This document shows positions 11,948 through 23,933 of a stretch of DNA of 64,000 nt, piece by piece. The DNA lies in contig NW_027192201.1 of the NCBI RefSeq assembly GCF_041956535.1, positions 548,206-612,205 on the forward strand, read 5' to 3'. The translations under genes and the position numbers were made by a program. Below the pieces are notes generated by a model. The model ran no database searches and was not told the origin of the DNA. It saw nothing but the letters and a program-made list of their open reading frames with translations. Position 1 is the first letter of the stretch. Every line of letters starts with the position of its first letter. The stretch comes from Calcarisporiella thermophila CBS 279.70. Lineage: Eukaryota; Fungi; Calcarisporiellomycota.

Positions 11948-14514
11948 TTAATAAAGCGAAATGCCGTCTCCTATTATTTGAGTGGGTCTAGTGAGACGTT
12001 TGCTGATCAAGTCTAAAATCTCCTCTGGAACTGATGGGAGGATATGTTGATAGGGCCGGTCCTCAATATGAGACCCATTCACGGCTTCACCATTTCCATT
12101 CTCTTTTCCGCCATTATCTTCATGCTCCAGCTTGGCAGCAGATCCCAATTCACGTAACATCACCGTCGTTGGCAGAGTAAAAGGAAGAAGCATTTGCGAG
12201 TCCTTCATCTCCATTAGCATAGACATCTCGCTATGCTCACTGTTTTGAACCCCCTCAGAGTAAGAGCGCCGCCTCCATTCAGCCATTTCTGCATCAGCCT
12301 GCGAAGGGCTACAAGGTCTGTCACGCATGAATGGAGGAGTAAGCAGACCCCTATGTGATGAATAAGCGAAGCGCTGTTCTGAGTTCAAGTGGTCGCCATC
12401 CTCGGCGCTGCGTCGAGATGCGCGATGTTTGAATACATTTTCCGCAAGTTGTTGGACATAGGCTACGCATTCGGGCGGTAACTTTGGCTCATCCACTTCA
12501 TAACGATATGAATTCACGCAACGCTTGAGTTGCACAGGATTGAGAGCGTTCACATTTTTCAGTGTATCGATGAATTGTGCAAAATCTGTCTGCTGCGATA
12601 ATATCTGGATAAGCTGAAGAAGCTGCACAAGCGGGGTCAGATGCTCAAGACTAGAGGCAAACCCGTTAGTGCGCACCCACTCCTCAAGAACGCTGACATT
12701 CATTCGAGCTTGAACTGCTTTAGACCGGCAGATCAGTTTGCGATTGCTCAAGACTTTGTTGAAGAGCTCGCAGGCAACAAAATGGACGAGTTGTCCTATC
12801 ACCTGCTCCACCACCAGTGGATGTACACAATAAGTACGCAGCACATAAAGCACCGACGACAGAAGAGCGGTAACACTTTGCGGTGTTGTGGGAGCGGCAG
12901 ATGGACCACGTCGTCTAAGGCTTAACCCAGTGGTTGTGTTGCTACGTTTAAGACCATTAGCAGCTGTCTGCTCAAATGCCGAGAGCTTATTTCCATCCTG
13001 CTTCCGCTTGATATTGAACAGTCGCCATTCACCCTCGAATTTAACGTCTAGGCCTGGAATGGCGTCATGATCCAACATAGCCGCCTCAAGTATCTGATCC
13101 AATCGGTGTTGGAGGTGATGAACGAATACAATATAGATCTCCGTTATCACTTCACAAAAACGAAGCTGATGCGAAACTGTAGCAACGGTGATCTCGTGAT
13201 CTTTTTTGAGAAACAGCAGCAGCAAAGTGACGTTGGATATCCAGTAGGCAATCAGTCCATTGTTCCCAGGAGAAGCCTGTATATCATAGGAAATTAGAAA
13301 ATAATATGGAAGAATAGAACTGTCGTCCGATTGTACCCTTATAACTTCAAGAATTCGTTCCGCTGCACTATCCAGTAGCTCGTTTAAAAGCTCCGATGGG
13401 CCGTAATGATGCGCAAAACGAGCACAGAAGTAAAGGGTATTTGCAGAAATATATCTATATTTACGGTTTTGCAGTGGAAGCGACACCTCGGATACCGCCA
13501 CGTCCAAGATGTCTTGGGTATTTTCCCAGGCAAACGCTAGCATCTGATGTGCTTTACATGCATCCCAGTCGAACTCCTCGATACCCTCTTCCTCCTACCA
13601 AATTCAAGAAACGAGTAAAAACCATTATCCACAAAATACTACATTATGGATATAATCTACCTCCAGCTTTGCTAGTTCAGCATCCAGATGTAATGACTCT
13701 TCCATTAATTGAAGAGCCTGCTCCGCCTCATCCTGCAAAAAATATTCAGGTTTACTGTTTGGCGAATTCTCACGCTTTTTTACTTTGATGCCGTCGCTGG
13801 ATCGCCCTAGAAGCAAGTCCAGCATCTGGCGATTTTCTGAATGGACAAAGTTGAACACTGTTCTCTCTCGAACAGTTTTTATGTCGGTGTAGGCATTATA
13901 CTCAAGTAATAAGCGCGCTATTTCTAGATGGTTATTATTTGCAGCCCACACAAGTGGAGTCCATCCATCTGATTAATACATAGACATGTCAGCACTTGAA
14001 TGGACACACAAAAAATCGCAATATTACAGTTATCTTTGGCATTGGGATTAGCGCCCGATTTCAATAAGAGCCTTGTTGCCTCCAAATGACCAAAACAACA
14101 AGCGTAAATCAATGCTGTTGTTCCATCCTCATCGCCAGCATCTATATCCAAATATTTTCGGCAATTATTTAGCATCCTGGAAAGGGTAAACGCGTCGCCA
14201 TTCGATGCCGCCCGTAAAAATAGCCGGGTCAGCTTCTCAAATTTCCGATCTTGTGTCAAGCCAGGCTGGTGAAGCACTGTGTTTTCATCCTCCAATGGAT
14301 CGATTGCATCAAGCATGCTCACTCGCGTTTTTGTCGCCGGATCACCCGTTACTTTTCTTCTACTCTCATCATGAACGATAGTAGGAGGAGGCGAGGGTGG
14401 AGGGATTCCGGGACTAGATGCTAAATTAGGGGATTCAGAACGAAGGTTTGTATCCCAATTGTCGTTGTGGTTATCATTAAGTTGGTTCTGCTCGATGTGC
14501 GCCGTGACGAACAT
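11948..14514 (-). CDS. Ankyrin-repeat plus Dilute (DIL) domain protein (YPR089W-like)
   Basis: DEDGTTALIYACCFGH and WTPLVWAANNNH ankyrin repeats; FCARFAHHY; ELFNKVL..RKLICRSKAVQARMNVSVLEEWVR..LNPVQL..Y DIL motif. Confidence 0.9.
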
Positions 14515-14849
14515 AATATATGTATATATGAAGGAGATGAATACAAAATGGGGAGATATAGGTGTAAGAGTCTAAATATCATGCACGAGAATAGATTATC
14601 CGAAGAAAAGGCCCTGAGGAGCCACACAATTTGACAAGAGCCTCAGAATGAATTCTCGTATGAATACTATGTGAAATCGAAATGTCCGTTGTTGCTTATT
14701 CTCAGCAAAAAAAAGGATTCAAATCTAAAAATAAAGACGATCGGAAATAAAAGACGAGATAATGAAATAAGAATGGCTGGAGATTTTAGGCCAAGCAAAA
14801 TAGGTTGAGCTTAATCTGACTACGGTTAATAAAAAAAAGAAGGGGGACT

Positions 14850-15625
14850 CTATAGTTAATAGAAGTCTCAAAAGCAGCTCTCTCAGATTATAAAATGATA
14901 CAAGAATAGACTTCGACAAGAAACTAGGTATCTATTGAACTGTCCCAACCTAACCTAATCTAATATTGTACATCTCTAAACTCGATCAAAAAATAGACAT
15001 TTGTAGATCAGAAATAGTCGAGTTTTCTTAAGTGTATGCAATTATCCGAAAAAGCTTCCAGTGAGGAGTGTATAGTGTATTTCTTCTTTGAATCTAAACT
15101 AATTTTTACAGGTATATATATTATATACCCTAAGCAATAATAAGGGAACTCCAAAATGGATACGGTTGGATATTTCTTTCCATCTCGATTATATCTCAAC
15201 CTCATAGATATATCTTTCTACTAAGATATGATATGAAATTTCTATCCTTTACACTATCAATATTACAGAAAATAAAAAAATCACCGATCTCAGATGGTGT
15301 ATTAGGCGGAGCAGGTCTACTAGGTCTAGAACTGGGAGGGGGAGATTTTTCTACCATACTTCTAATGATACAAATTAAGGAAATGGTTACGACATTGATT
15401 TTCTACTAAAACTACCTACCGAATTTAATAAGTTGACACGCTTTTGAGAGCACTAATTTCTCATGCAAAACAACTAGTAATTTTTTTGTCTTGGGAAAGT
15501 TTTTCCAGAGATAAACTGAGATCCATCTAATATGAATTTTTGATGTGGCTTATTTAAATTTCTTTCTGGTGTTACGTTTCGTAGTTTCAGCTTGTCTTAT
15601 ACTTGTGGCTATTTGTGACAACATC
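14850..15625 (-). pseudogene. Decayed, possibly F-box/LRR (RNI-like) gene remnant
   Basis: Fragments PPNTPSEI followed by an intron-like segment, LEAFSDNCIHLRKLD, FYNLRELLL; many stops; residual GT-AG introns. Confidence 0.3.
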
Positions 15626-15689
15626 ATTATATGCATATATATATTGGGGTTTGGACATTGGAATAAACTAAGCAGAGTTTTCTCTTACT

Positions 15690-16570
15690 CTCCTATCTCA
15701 AACCATCCTTAACACCGGAATCGATAGAAAGGAGCCAAACGAGAGTCTTACCGGTAACGAAGCCAATACAATTCAGAGCGATATGAAGGATAATGATAGC
15801 TTGTTTGATACAAGGTTAACATCTCCATCAATAACTAGTAGCGTTCGAAACAGTCCTTCAAATATCAAATCAAGCCAAAAGCGTACATCCAGTGGGGTTG
15901 GCGATTCGCAAATGGAGTTGTTAAAAGTTTTGGCTGAATGATGGGATTCAAAACGACAGAAAGAAGATGTAGAGAGAAGTAGCGTTGATAATCAATACCG
16001 TTTAGTTCAATGAAGCAAGGATGGAGGAGCTATGTTTACGCAAACATGAATTTGACAGGAATAAATTATAATAAATACTAAAGAGAGAAAGAGCAGATGG
16101 AGCTTAAAAGATAAAAGATACAGAATTGATTCAAGAAGCCATTTGGGTAATCAAGTGTATCCATTTCTTTGAGAGCACTTCAGTCAATAAGGTATCCCAC
16201 TATTCTTTGCTCAAAATGCGCTCAATTCTGTCATATTCCGAAATACTTGTTTCCCAGTTAATTGCTTCTTCCGTTATATTCTCTCCATCATCTTCCCATC
16301 CTTCTCCAAAGGATTCAACGAAATTGTGCAAGATAATCCCACAAGATATCAGTCTAACAATAGGCTTCATTTCTTTAAGTCGCAAAGAATAGAAAGCCAG
16401 GAAATGGCGCTTAAGAAGGCCGATGGCCCAACAATATTTCGCACTTTTCTTGACAATATCGTGTTGAAAATTCTCTCTTGTTGGCTCCTAGGAGTTCGAA
16501 AAGGTGCGATGAAAATAGGTAAAAGATATAAATTTCTGAGTTCTTTTTCAGATAGCGCAGGCATGGAAGT
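15690..16570. mobile_element. Degenerate PIF/Harbinger transposon (DDE_Tnp_4/HARBI1-type nuclease remnant on minus strand, convergent partner ORF remnant on plus strand)
   Basis: Minus strand FIAPFRTPRSQQERIFNTILSRKVRNIV, frameshift, AIGLLKRHF..LRL..IVRLISCGIILHNFVE then acidic tail; plus strand Ser/Lys-rich and coiled-coil-like fragments with stops; TIRs not found. Confidence 0.72.
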
Positions 16571-17035
16571 CGATTAAAGCATAAGAATGATGTGACTTGG
16601 ATATTATATTTTAAACAAGAAAATTAAACCGCAAAAATGCGAAAAATCCATCGTGAACGACCCGACAATGGAGGAAGGAACTAGTGATACATGATTGGAT
16701 GGATTAATTTTTAACCAAAGTAATCGATTATTCAAATAATCGACCAAACAAATTCATAAATGTTCCAATACTCTTATTCTGATTTCTTATTCTGTCCCAA
16801 TTTTTAAATTCAATATCACTTTTCAGGCTTGGATACTCTCATATTATCATAAAACAAGAACGTGTGAACAAAATTCGCAGCCTACTATCCCAAATAAGAA
16901 TCAGAAAGTTTAATGAGCCATGCCTCGTGATTTGAATTCGAACAATAAAACAGTTTATTTTTTGTTCCCATTTTCCCTTTCACTATAAAGTCTTTGTCAG
17001 TTTCATTAAGCTGTTCCTATTCAGAGTTACGATAA

Positions 17036-19289
17036 ATGTTTTCACAGATCGCCTCTACAAAAGAAGTGAAAGACAATAGAGGAGTCGTATTAACTGGAAA
17101 TACGAATATAACCGTGAATCATATAGTTGGTATGAAATATTTAAAGACGTACCTATAACTTGTTGCATACTAAATTTTATCATATCTACATGAAGGGTTA
17201 AAATTGACCACCAATCGACATAAAAAAATTGACTTAAATAATATAGATAAGTGTTTCTTTGGAGTACCACCAGAAAATCAAGCGTTTATCGACCGAAAAA
17301 GGGTTTTTAAAACCATGAGGAGGGCACTTAGTGAGGATTATTCAAACGGATGTAGAGTCCTGGCGCTTACAGGACTCGGTAAGACACAAGTTATGCTCCG
17401 ATATTGCTATCTTCACCGCTGTGAATACGATTATGTTTTCTGGCTTTGAATTGAGAATTGGAGTATGGCGATTTCCGCTTTCAAAAATCTAGCAAAATAT
17501 CTTGGTTACAAGAAGAGATTGACCACGAAAATGGACCATAATGAGATTTTCAATTGGGTCCGCTCCTGGCTGGAAGATAGAACTAAGTGGCTCCTTTTAT
17601 TAGATAATGCCAATGAGGAAACGGTTAAAATAACTAAGTTTTTACCTCGCGATGGTGGAGTAGTCATCATCACCACACGCGAACACATCTCACCGAAAAG
17701 CGCCAAGGTGATATCCATCAATAAATTAAATAAAGAAGAAGCACTTTCTCTACTTCTCCAACCAATGCCAATTGATTCGATTGACCAATCAAGTTCACAA
17801 TATCGATATGCTTGTGAAATCATCAATGAACTTGATTTCATGCCACTTGCAATTGACCTCGCACGTGCATATATATAATACTGGTATATCTTTTCAGGAT
17901 TATCTCAGTCAATTCAAAATGAATAACCATATCTTACTTACATATCGTGACGAGGATATTTCTGATAGTTATGATCATACAATCTCAACTGTCTGGAAGA
18001 TTTCATTCGAGCGCATTCGTAAGTTAAATCCTGTCACAAATATGATACTTGAGGCCTGCGCATTTCTCCATCCATATGGAATTCCAATAAAATTCTTCGA
18101 GCGACAATATTTCATTCTAAATCTACAATCCAGTAATGAACAAATATTCACAATTAATTTGGATGGCATAGCATTGGTGGAGCATATTCGAAACGCTATA
18201 GGGATTTTATTAAAATATTCTTTTGTGTCAAGAGGTTTTCAAGATGAAGGTGGGGAGGATGTTGTAGTTGGTGAAAGAATATCTATACATCGACTCGTGC
18301 AGAAAGTCGTTTATGATGCAATTACTGGTACAAAGAGGCTTCAATTGGCTCATAATATATCCAAGGCTCTCAACTGCAAAACTGAATTTGCTGATCCATT
18401 CGAGCTGCTGACGCAAAAACTCTTGATCATATATATTCCTCACGTTTTATACTTCATTAACTTACTCAACCATTTCCATCTGAAAGACTATATAACGAGA
18501 GATCTCAGCGATTTGTTGTTACGAATCGTTCCCAACATGATACGCAGTGAAATATTTTTTGTGATAGAAAAACTCGCACAGTTCTCACTCAGAGTTTCTG
18601 AGGTTTTATACGGACTGGACCATCACGATATTGTAATATCTCTCTACAATTTGGCATGGCTCTATACAATCTGTAGTCACGATAAAGCAGAATATGTTTT
18701 TCAGAGAGCACTAAAAATTCAAGCGAGAGTATCAGGGTGTGAGCACTTAGAAACAGCGAAAATATTAAAGAAGCAATGCTTTATCCTTCAAATAATGGGT
18801 TGCTATTATAAAGCAGAATATTCTTATAATCAGGCTTTGATTATTCAGGAGAAGAAGTTGGGACTAAATAATCTAGATATATCAGATACTTTGAAAGCTA
18901 TTGCAATTCTCTATTATGATCAAGAAGATTATGAAAAAGCTAGACAGTTTTACCAAAGATCACTTGCTATTCGGGAGACGACACTTGGACCTGAACATCC
19001 AGATATCGCATTTATACTGAATTATTTATCTATGATACACAGACGCTCTGGTAATATCGATAAAGCTATATCATTTTGTCGACGAGCACTGGATATCCGA
19101 GAGAAATGGTTGGGATCTAAACATGTATTCACAGGTACATCTCTAAACAACTTGGCATTAATCCATTATATGCAAGGAAAATACGATTCTGCCGAGCACC
19201 TATATTATCGAGCATTGGAAATATATGAAATGGAATTAAAGTCCAAAAGGTCACTTATAATAAAAATCACATCAGCTATGGGTATTTAG
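17036..19289 (+). pseudogene. NLR (NB-ARC + TPR repeats) pseudogene with a short N-terminal exon
   Basis: FGVP..N..F.DR, shortened P-loop LTGLGKTQ, YVFW, WLLLLDNA, IITTR, MPLAIDLARAYI, IHRLVQ, ~42-aa TPR repeats (LGPEHPDIAFILNYLS); TGA at 17447-17449 and frameshift near 17870. Confidence 0.88.
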
Positions 19290-19328
19290 AAATGGAACAT
19301 GATACCCACTCTCTTATATAGATCAAAA

Positions 19329-19870
19329 ATGCCACCAAATCGAATGCTGTGCAATTGTTCCGTGTGCAAAAGCCAATGGATGGGCAGATCAACAAAGTGG
19401 AATCACGAACTAATTCTATGTGAAGAAGATAAGGCCCAGAGAGACTGAAATTTCTACCGAAAGTCTACAAAGAGAGAGATAGTATTGAGAATGCTTGGAC
19501 TCTTTTTCGTTTAGTCAACACACATTTCTTAGTAATATCAGTTTGAATCATTTTCTAAAGCTTCGATAGTTCAAATCATCTCTCCTCACCAATACAATGG
19601 ATAATAGTTATGAAGAGGCCGTAGAAGAATCACCCCATAGACTGAACTCTGAATACTTAAGTGAAAAAGATAATTATTATAGCAATGAGAGTGGAGCTCA
19701 AAGCGATGAAAGTCCAACACAAAACAGTGAAAGCGAAAGCACGAATTCTGAACCTGGACAGGATTGTGAGTCCAGCTATTGCTTGGTATCGGTCCTTTAT
19801 TAAAATTATGCTTTAAGCATACAATTGTGCATAAACAAATTGCCACAAAGTCTTATTAGAGGCATAATAT
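19329..19870 (+). mobile_element. Possible remnant of a DNA-transposon ORF N-terminus (CxCxxC..H followed by acidic tract)
   Basis: MPPNRMLCNCSVCKSQWMGRSTKWNH, then stop-interrupted Asp/Glu/Ser-rich sequence; starts just after the NLR TPR array ends. Confidence 0.3.
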
Positions 19871-20969
19871 GCCTCGAGGTGAATGTTGAGTTCAGAGCCT
19901 CCAACTAAGCTTTCAGTGTTATGTATAGAATAGTAAATACTGATACCGAGTCAACTTGTTTAATTGAAAAAAGGGCTACAAGTGTTAGTAGGAATCAAAC
20001 CAGATTGATAGATTGTTGCATCAATAGTTCCATTGCCTACGCTCGCGAATATTCCCATCCTACCAATCTGTAAAGAATATCTTTACAAAATAAATTCTTC
20101 ACCTGGTAAAAAGCGACCACGAAAAATGTTTCCGTACTTTTTCACTTATTGAACAATTTCGGGTTCAATATAAAACTTCGGTATGATCAAATAAATTGAG
20201 ATTGCAACTAACACAATTTATACTATTCAAGCTTGGTAGAAAATTTATATATACTATATATTATCCCGTAAAAATAGATACAGACAACATGTTGGCCAAT
20301 CTAGCTACAGTACTTTCATTCAAGTTCCTCAGACTATGAATCCAATGACATTTTTATGGAAAACGTTATATAGAACTCGTCCAGAAAGGAATGTTTAAGA
20401 ATCCTCGTGACATTGCGCTATATCTGTATCGACTGATGAATTTCAGCTCTATAAACAATAAATTAATATAGTATTTTTCTACTCAATCTATTCCCTTAGC
20501 AATTGGTTATCATTTATTTTAGAAGTATTTATGAATGCTGGCCGGTCAGTTTGATCAACAATAATGCAAAAACTAAAGGAAGCAAAGAAATATTCAAAAA
20601 CTCCTAAATAATCCGCTCAAGAGATTGAGGTCTAAATGTGACCCTATCTCAATCTGTGCCAGCTTGTACACTCTTGTTTATAGAGTTTTTTGGATTAATA
20701 ATGTGTGGCTTCTAAAGTATCACCGGAAAATAGTTTTAGTGGGTAAATGTAATGATTTATTTTGTTATGAGATTGTATTCTTGTGAAACAATATGGCATT
20801 AAAATGCCATTAAAAAAACACTTAAAAGAGGTAGAGGTTGATGTATTTTCTCCTTACACTCCTTATCTTGCAATTGCTCGCTTGTATCTAGATAGTTTCA
20901 TTAAAGCACTTTTACTAAAATTGATTGCATTTTGTAACCAATTCTATTTCCAAAAGTATTCACATAACT

Positions 20970-23073
20970 ATGGATGAAATTTCTCAGAGCAAGGAAGAAC
21001 AGCATCAACAAGGAGTAGTGAACATGAGATTACATGGAACTGCATTTCTAGATCACTTTTCAAGTGCATTATCCAAAACTAGCTCGCAACCAAATTCCTG
21101 TTCATTTTCAGGGACAGTAACTGAAACCTCAATAAATGACCAACAAGAAGTATTAGATAACCAAGTAGCAGCACTTAGCCCGCCACAACCACCAGATGGT
21201 GGACTGCAAGGATGGCTTGTAGTTTTAGGATCTTATCTGAGTCTTTTCGCCACATTCGGGATAGTTAACGCATATGTATGTAGCTATTCCAAACGGCAGT
21301 ATTATTCCCTTTGACTCTTAGTCCAAATACTTTTTCTCAATTGCATTTTTATTTGTAGGGAGTATTTCAGGATTACTATCAATCAACAATGCTAAGTGAA
21401 TACTCTAATTCAGTAATTAGTCTAATAGGCACCACTCAGCTTTTTTTGTTATACGGCCTGGGCCTGCTAGTTGGACAGGTTTGCTTAACGCTTTATTTAT
21501 TGTTGATATATTAATGTTCTAAGATCATACTTCAACTTGAATTGAAAGTGGTTTGATATATATGGAACAAGAGTAAGATAATAATAATTGACTCAATATA
21601 CTGGGTTCTAACATATCGAATGTGTTTAACATACCCTTTATTAGCTTTTAATTCCTGTCGGCTCTTTTCTTACAGTGTTTTCTCTTATGATGCTGTCTAT
21701 TTGTCAGAAAAATCAAATATACCAATTTTTTATCACCCAAGGTATTCTCTTCGGATTAGGAAATGCGTTATTGTAAGTATTTTTTTATGGTCACATCTTA
21801 ATAGGAATAAGCTAATTTCGCTTTCAAATTTATATATTTTTTTATTTAAAAGATTCACTCCTGCCCTAGCTGTCATTGGGCAATGGTTTGATAAACGTCG
21901 CGCCTATGCAATCGGTATTGTGGCTTCAGGATCTTCATTAGGAGGTGTTGTCTTTCCTATCATGTTACATCAACTGCTTTCTCGAGTTGGATTCGGTAAA
22001 CAGTACTCTTATATTTATTCCATGCCAATAGTTTTTGGTCTTACAAAATATATCATTCCTATCTATCAAAGGTTGGGCTGTTCGAATCATGGCATTTTTT
22101 GTACTTGGCTGCCTTTCTATTTCAATCCTTACTGTCAAAAGTCGTCTTCCGTCGCAGTGTCCAAAATCTCTGATCCAACTTATTGACTTTGGAGGCTTTC
22201 GGGATGTGCGATACACACTTGCTGTGATCGGTGCATTTTTGTAAGTAAAAACGTGATATTGCGTATTAGCAAAGTAAATAATACTCAAGGAATATCAATG
22301 TTGATATATGTTTTTAGGATATTCTATTCCGTGTTTATACCATACTTCTATATTCAAATTTTTGCAGACTTTGAAGGCGTGTCAGCAAATTATACTGCTT
22401 CGCTTCTCCCTGTCCTTAATGGGCTTGGTATTCTTGCTCGAGTCTTGCCTGGGTTTTTAGCTGATCACTATGGATGGTAAGAATTTCTCATCTCCTCAAT
22501 TATTTTTAAGAGTCTTGACTTCTCTTGTAATATAAAGTCTTAACATACTTGTTCCTACAACTTTCATATCAGCGAGTTTGATTTTCGTGCTATGGTTACC
22601 CTCCAGGACTGCCCCAGCTGTTATTGCCTTTTCTGCTCTCTACGGGTTATTTTCGGGTAAAAAGCATTGCTTTACATGCGTGACGGATATTTATATAACG
22701 ATTTAATTAATACACATATCGTTGTGATATGTTACAATTTTCATTCATTGCTAGGTGGTTTTATATCTCTTTTACCGGCATATATTGCCAAGATTAGCCC
22801 AATTGAGAAATACGGTGCAAGATTGGGTATAATAATTATTGCTAATTCATTATTCATATTTGCTCATCTCTATAATTTTAAGGTATGGTATACGCGTTTG
22901 CTAGTATTGCAAATTTAATCGGTCCTCCCACAGCAGGCACTCTCATTAAATCGGTAGACCAAACAAGTTTCAATCATCTCATTATTTTTACTGGCATAGT
23001 ACAGTTGTTTGGCTCGGTTGTCTGGATAATCGTACGATATAAATGCTCACCAAGACTGCTTGTACTTATTTAA
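20970..23073 (+). CDS. MFS monocarboxylate-porter-like (MCH family) transporter, many exons
   Basis: PPDGGLQGWLVVLG, FG..NAYGVFQDYYQ, QWFDKRRAYAIGIVASGSSLGGVVFPIML, ARVLPGFLADHYG, LIGPPTAG. Confidence 0.92.
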
Positions 23074-23933
23074 TTTTGCTATATTCATGTATATTTATAT
23101 CTGAGAAAGAGTTTAGAGTTCTTTCTTTGGATCATATCGACTCTCTCGAATTCCATGCTGTATTGTATTTTTTAATGGGCTTATATTATATTAAAAACAT
23201 GAGTTTTCAGTTAAATGCCTTGAGTGCATTCAGTAATCCACTTTTTTTCGATCAACTGCTATACTATACACATAAAAAACAAAAAAAGTGGACGTTTATT
23301 ACGAATGATGGTGGTTACATTAAGCAAAGGGGTTTTTACTTATTAACAGTATTTCACTAAAGCACATAATTGACTAAACATTAGATAATATTTATACATT
23401 GGTAGTTTATTAAATCCTAAGGTTACCAACCTAACGCAACAGTCGCGGTACTTATTGGAAAGGTTGTGATTTATAAATGATAGAGGGAAGGATACATTTG
23501 TTAAATAAGAAATTATATTTTTGTGTAAATTATGCTATATCCTCACCTAAATTAATAGAACTATAGTGGTAAGAATCAAGAAGTAAGAAATATTGAAATT
23601 GGGTTGTATAGGAAAAGAGAGTAGTACGAAAGTGTTGAGAATAACAAATGGAAATATAAAAAACTAGTCACAGCAAGTTCTGAGTAGGATCTGGCCGTGT
23701 TACAAGTACTGAAGAACTGGAAGTTACCCTGGAGAAAGCGAAGCACAAAATATTTGCGTTGTTATGGACTAAGCCGCTTATCACGTGTTACAAGTTAATT
23801 AATCGTGTATCATATTTTGTCAAATTCATAGATAATACTTCGATATCTAAAATTCAATTCTAAAATATATTTCGTCTTATATCTTTTATTTTGCATTCAT
23901 ATTCATTAAGAGCAAAAGAATATATTTAATATT

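Noticed and set aside
17447-17449. In-frame TGA in the NLR as selenocysteine
   Set aside because: Accompanied by a frameshift and a P-loop deletion; not a redox motif
23781-23787. TCACGTG upstream of ILV3 (also ACGCGT near the MED23 start)
   Set aside because: Single short motifs are expected by chance without conservation data
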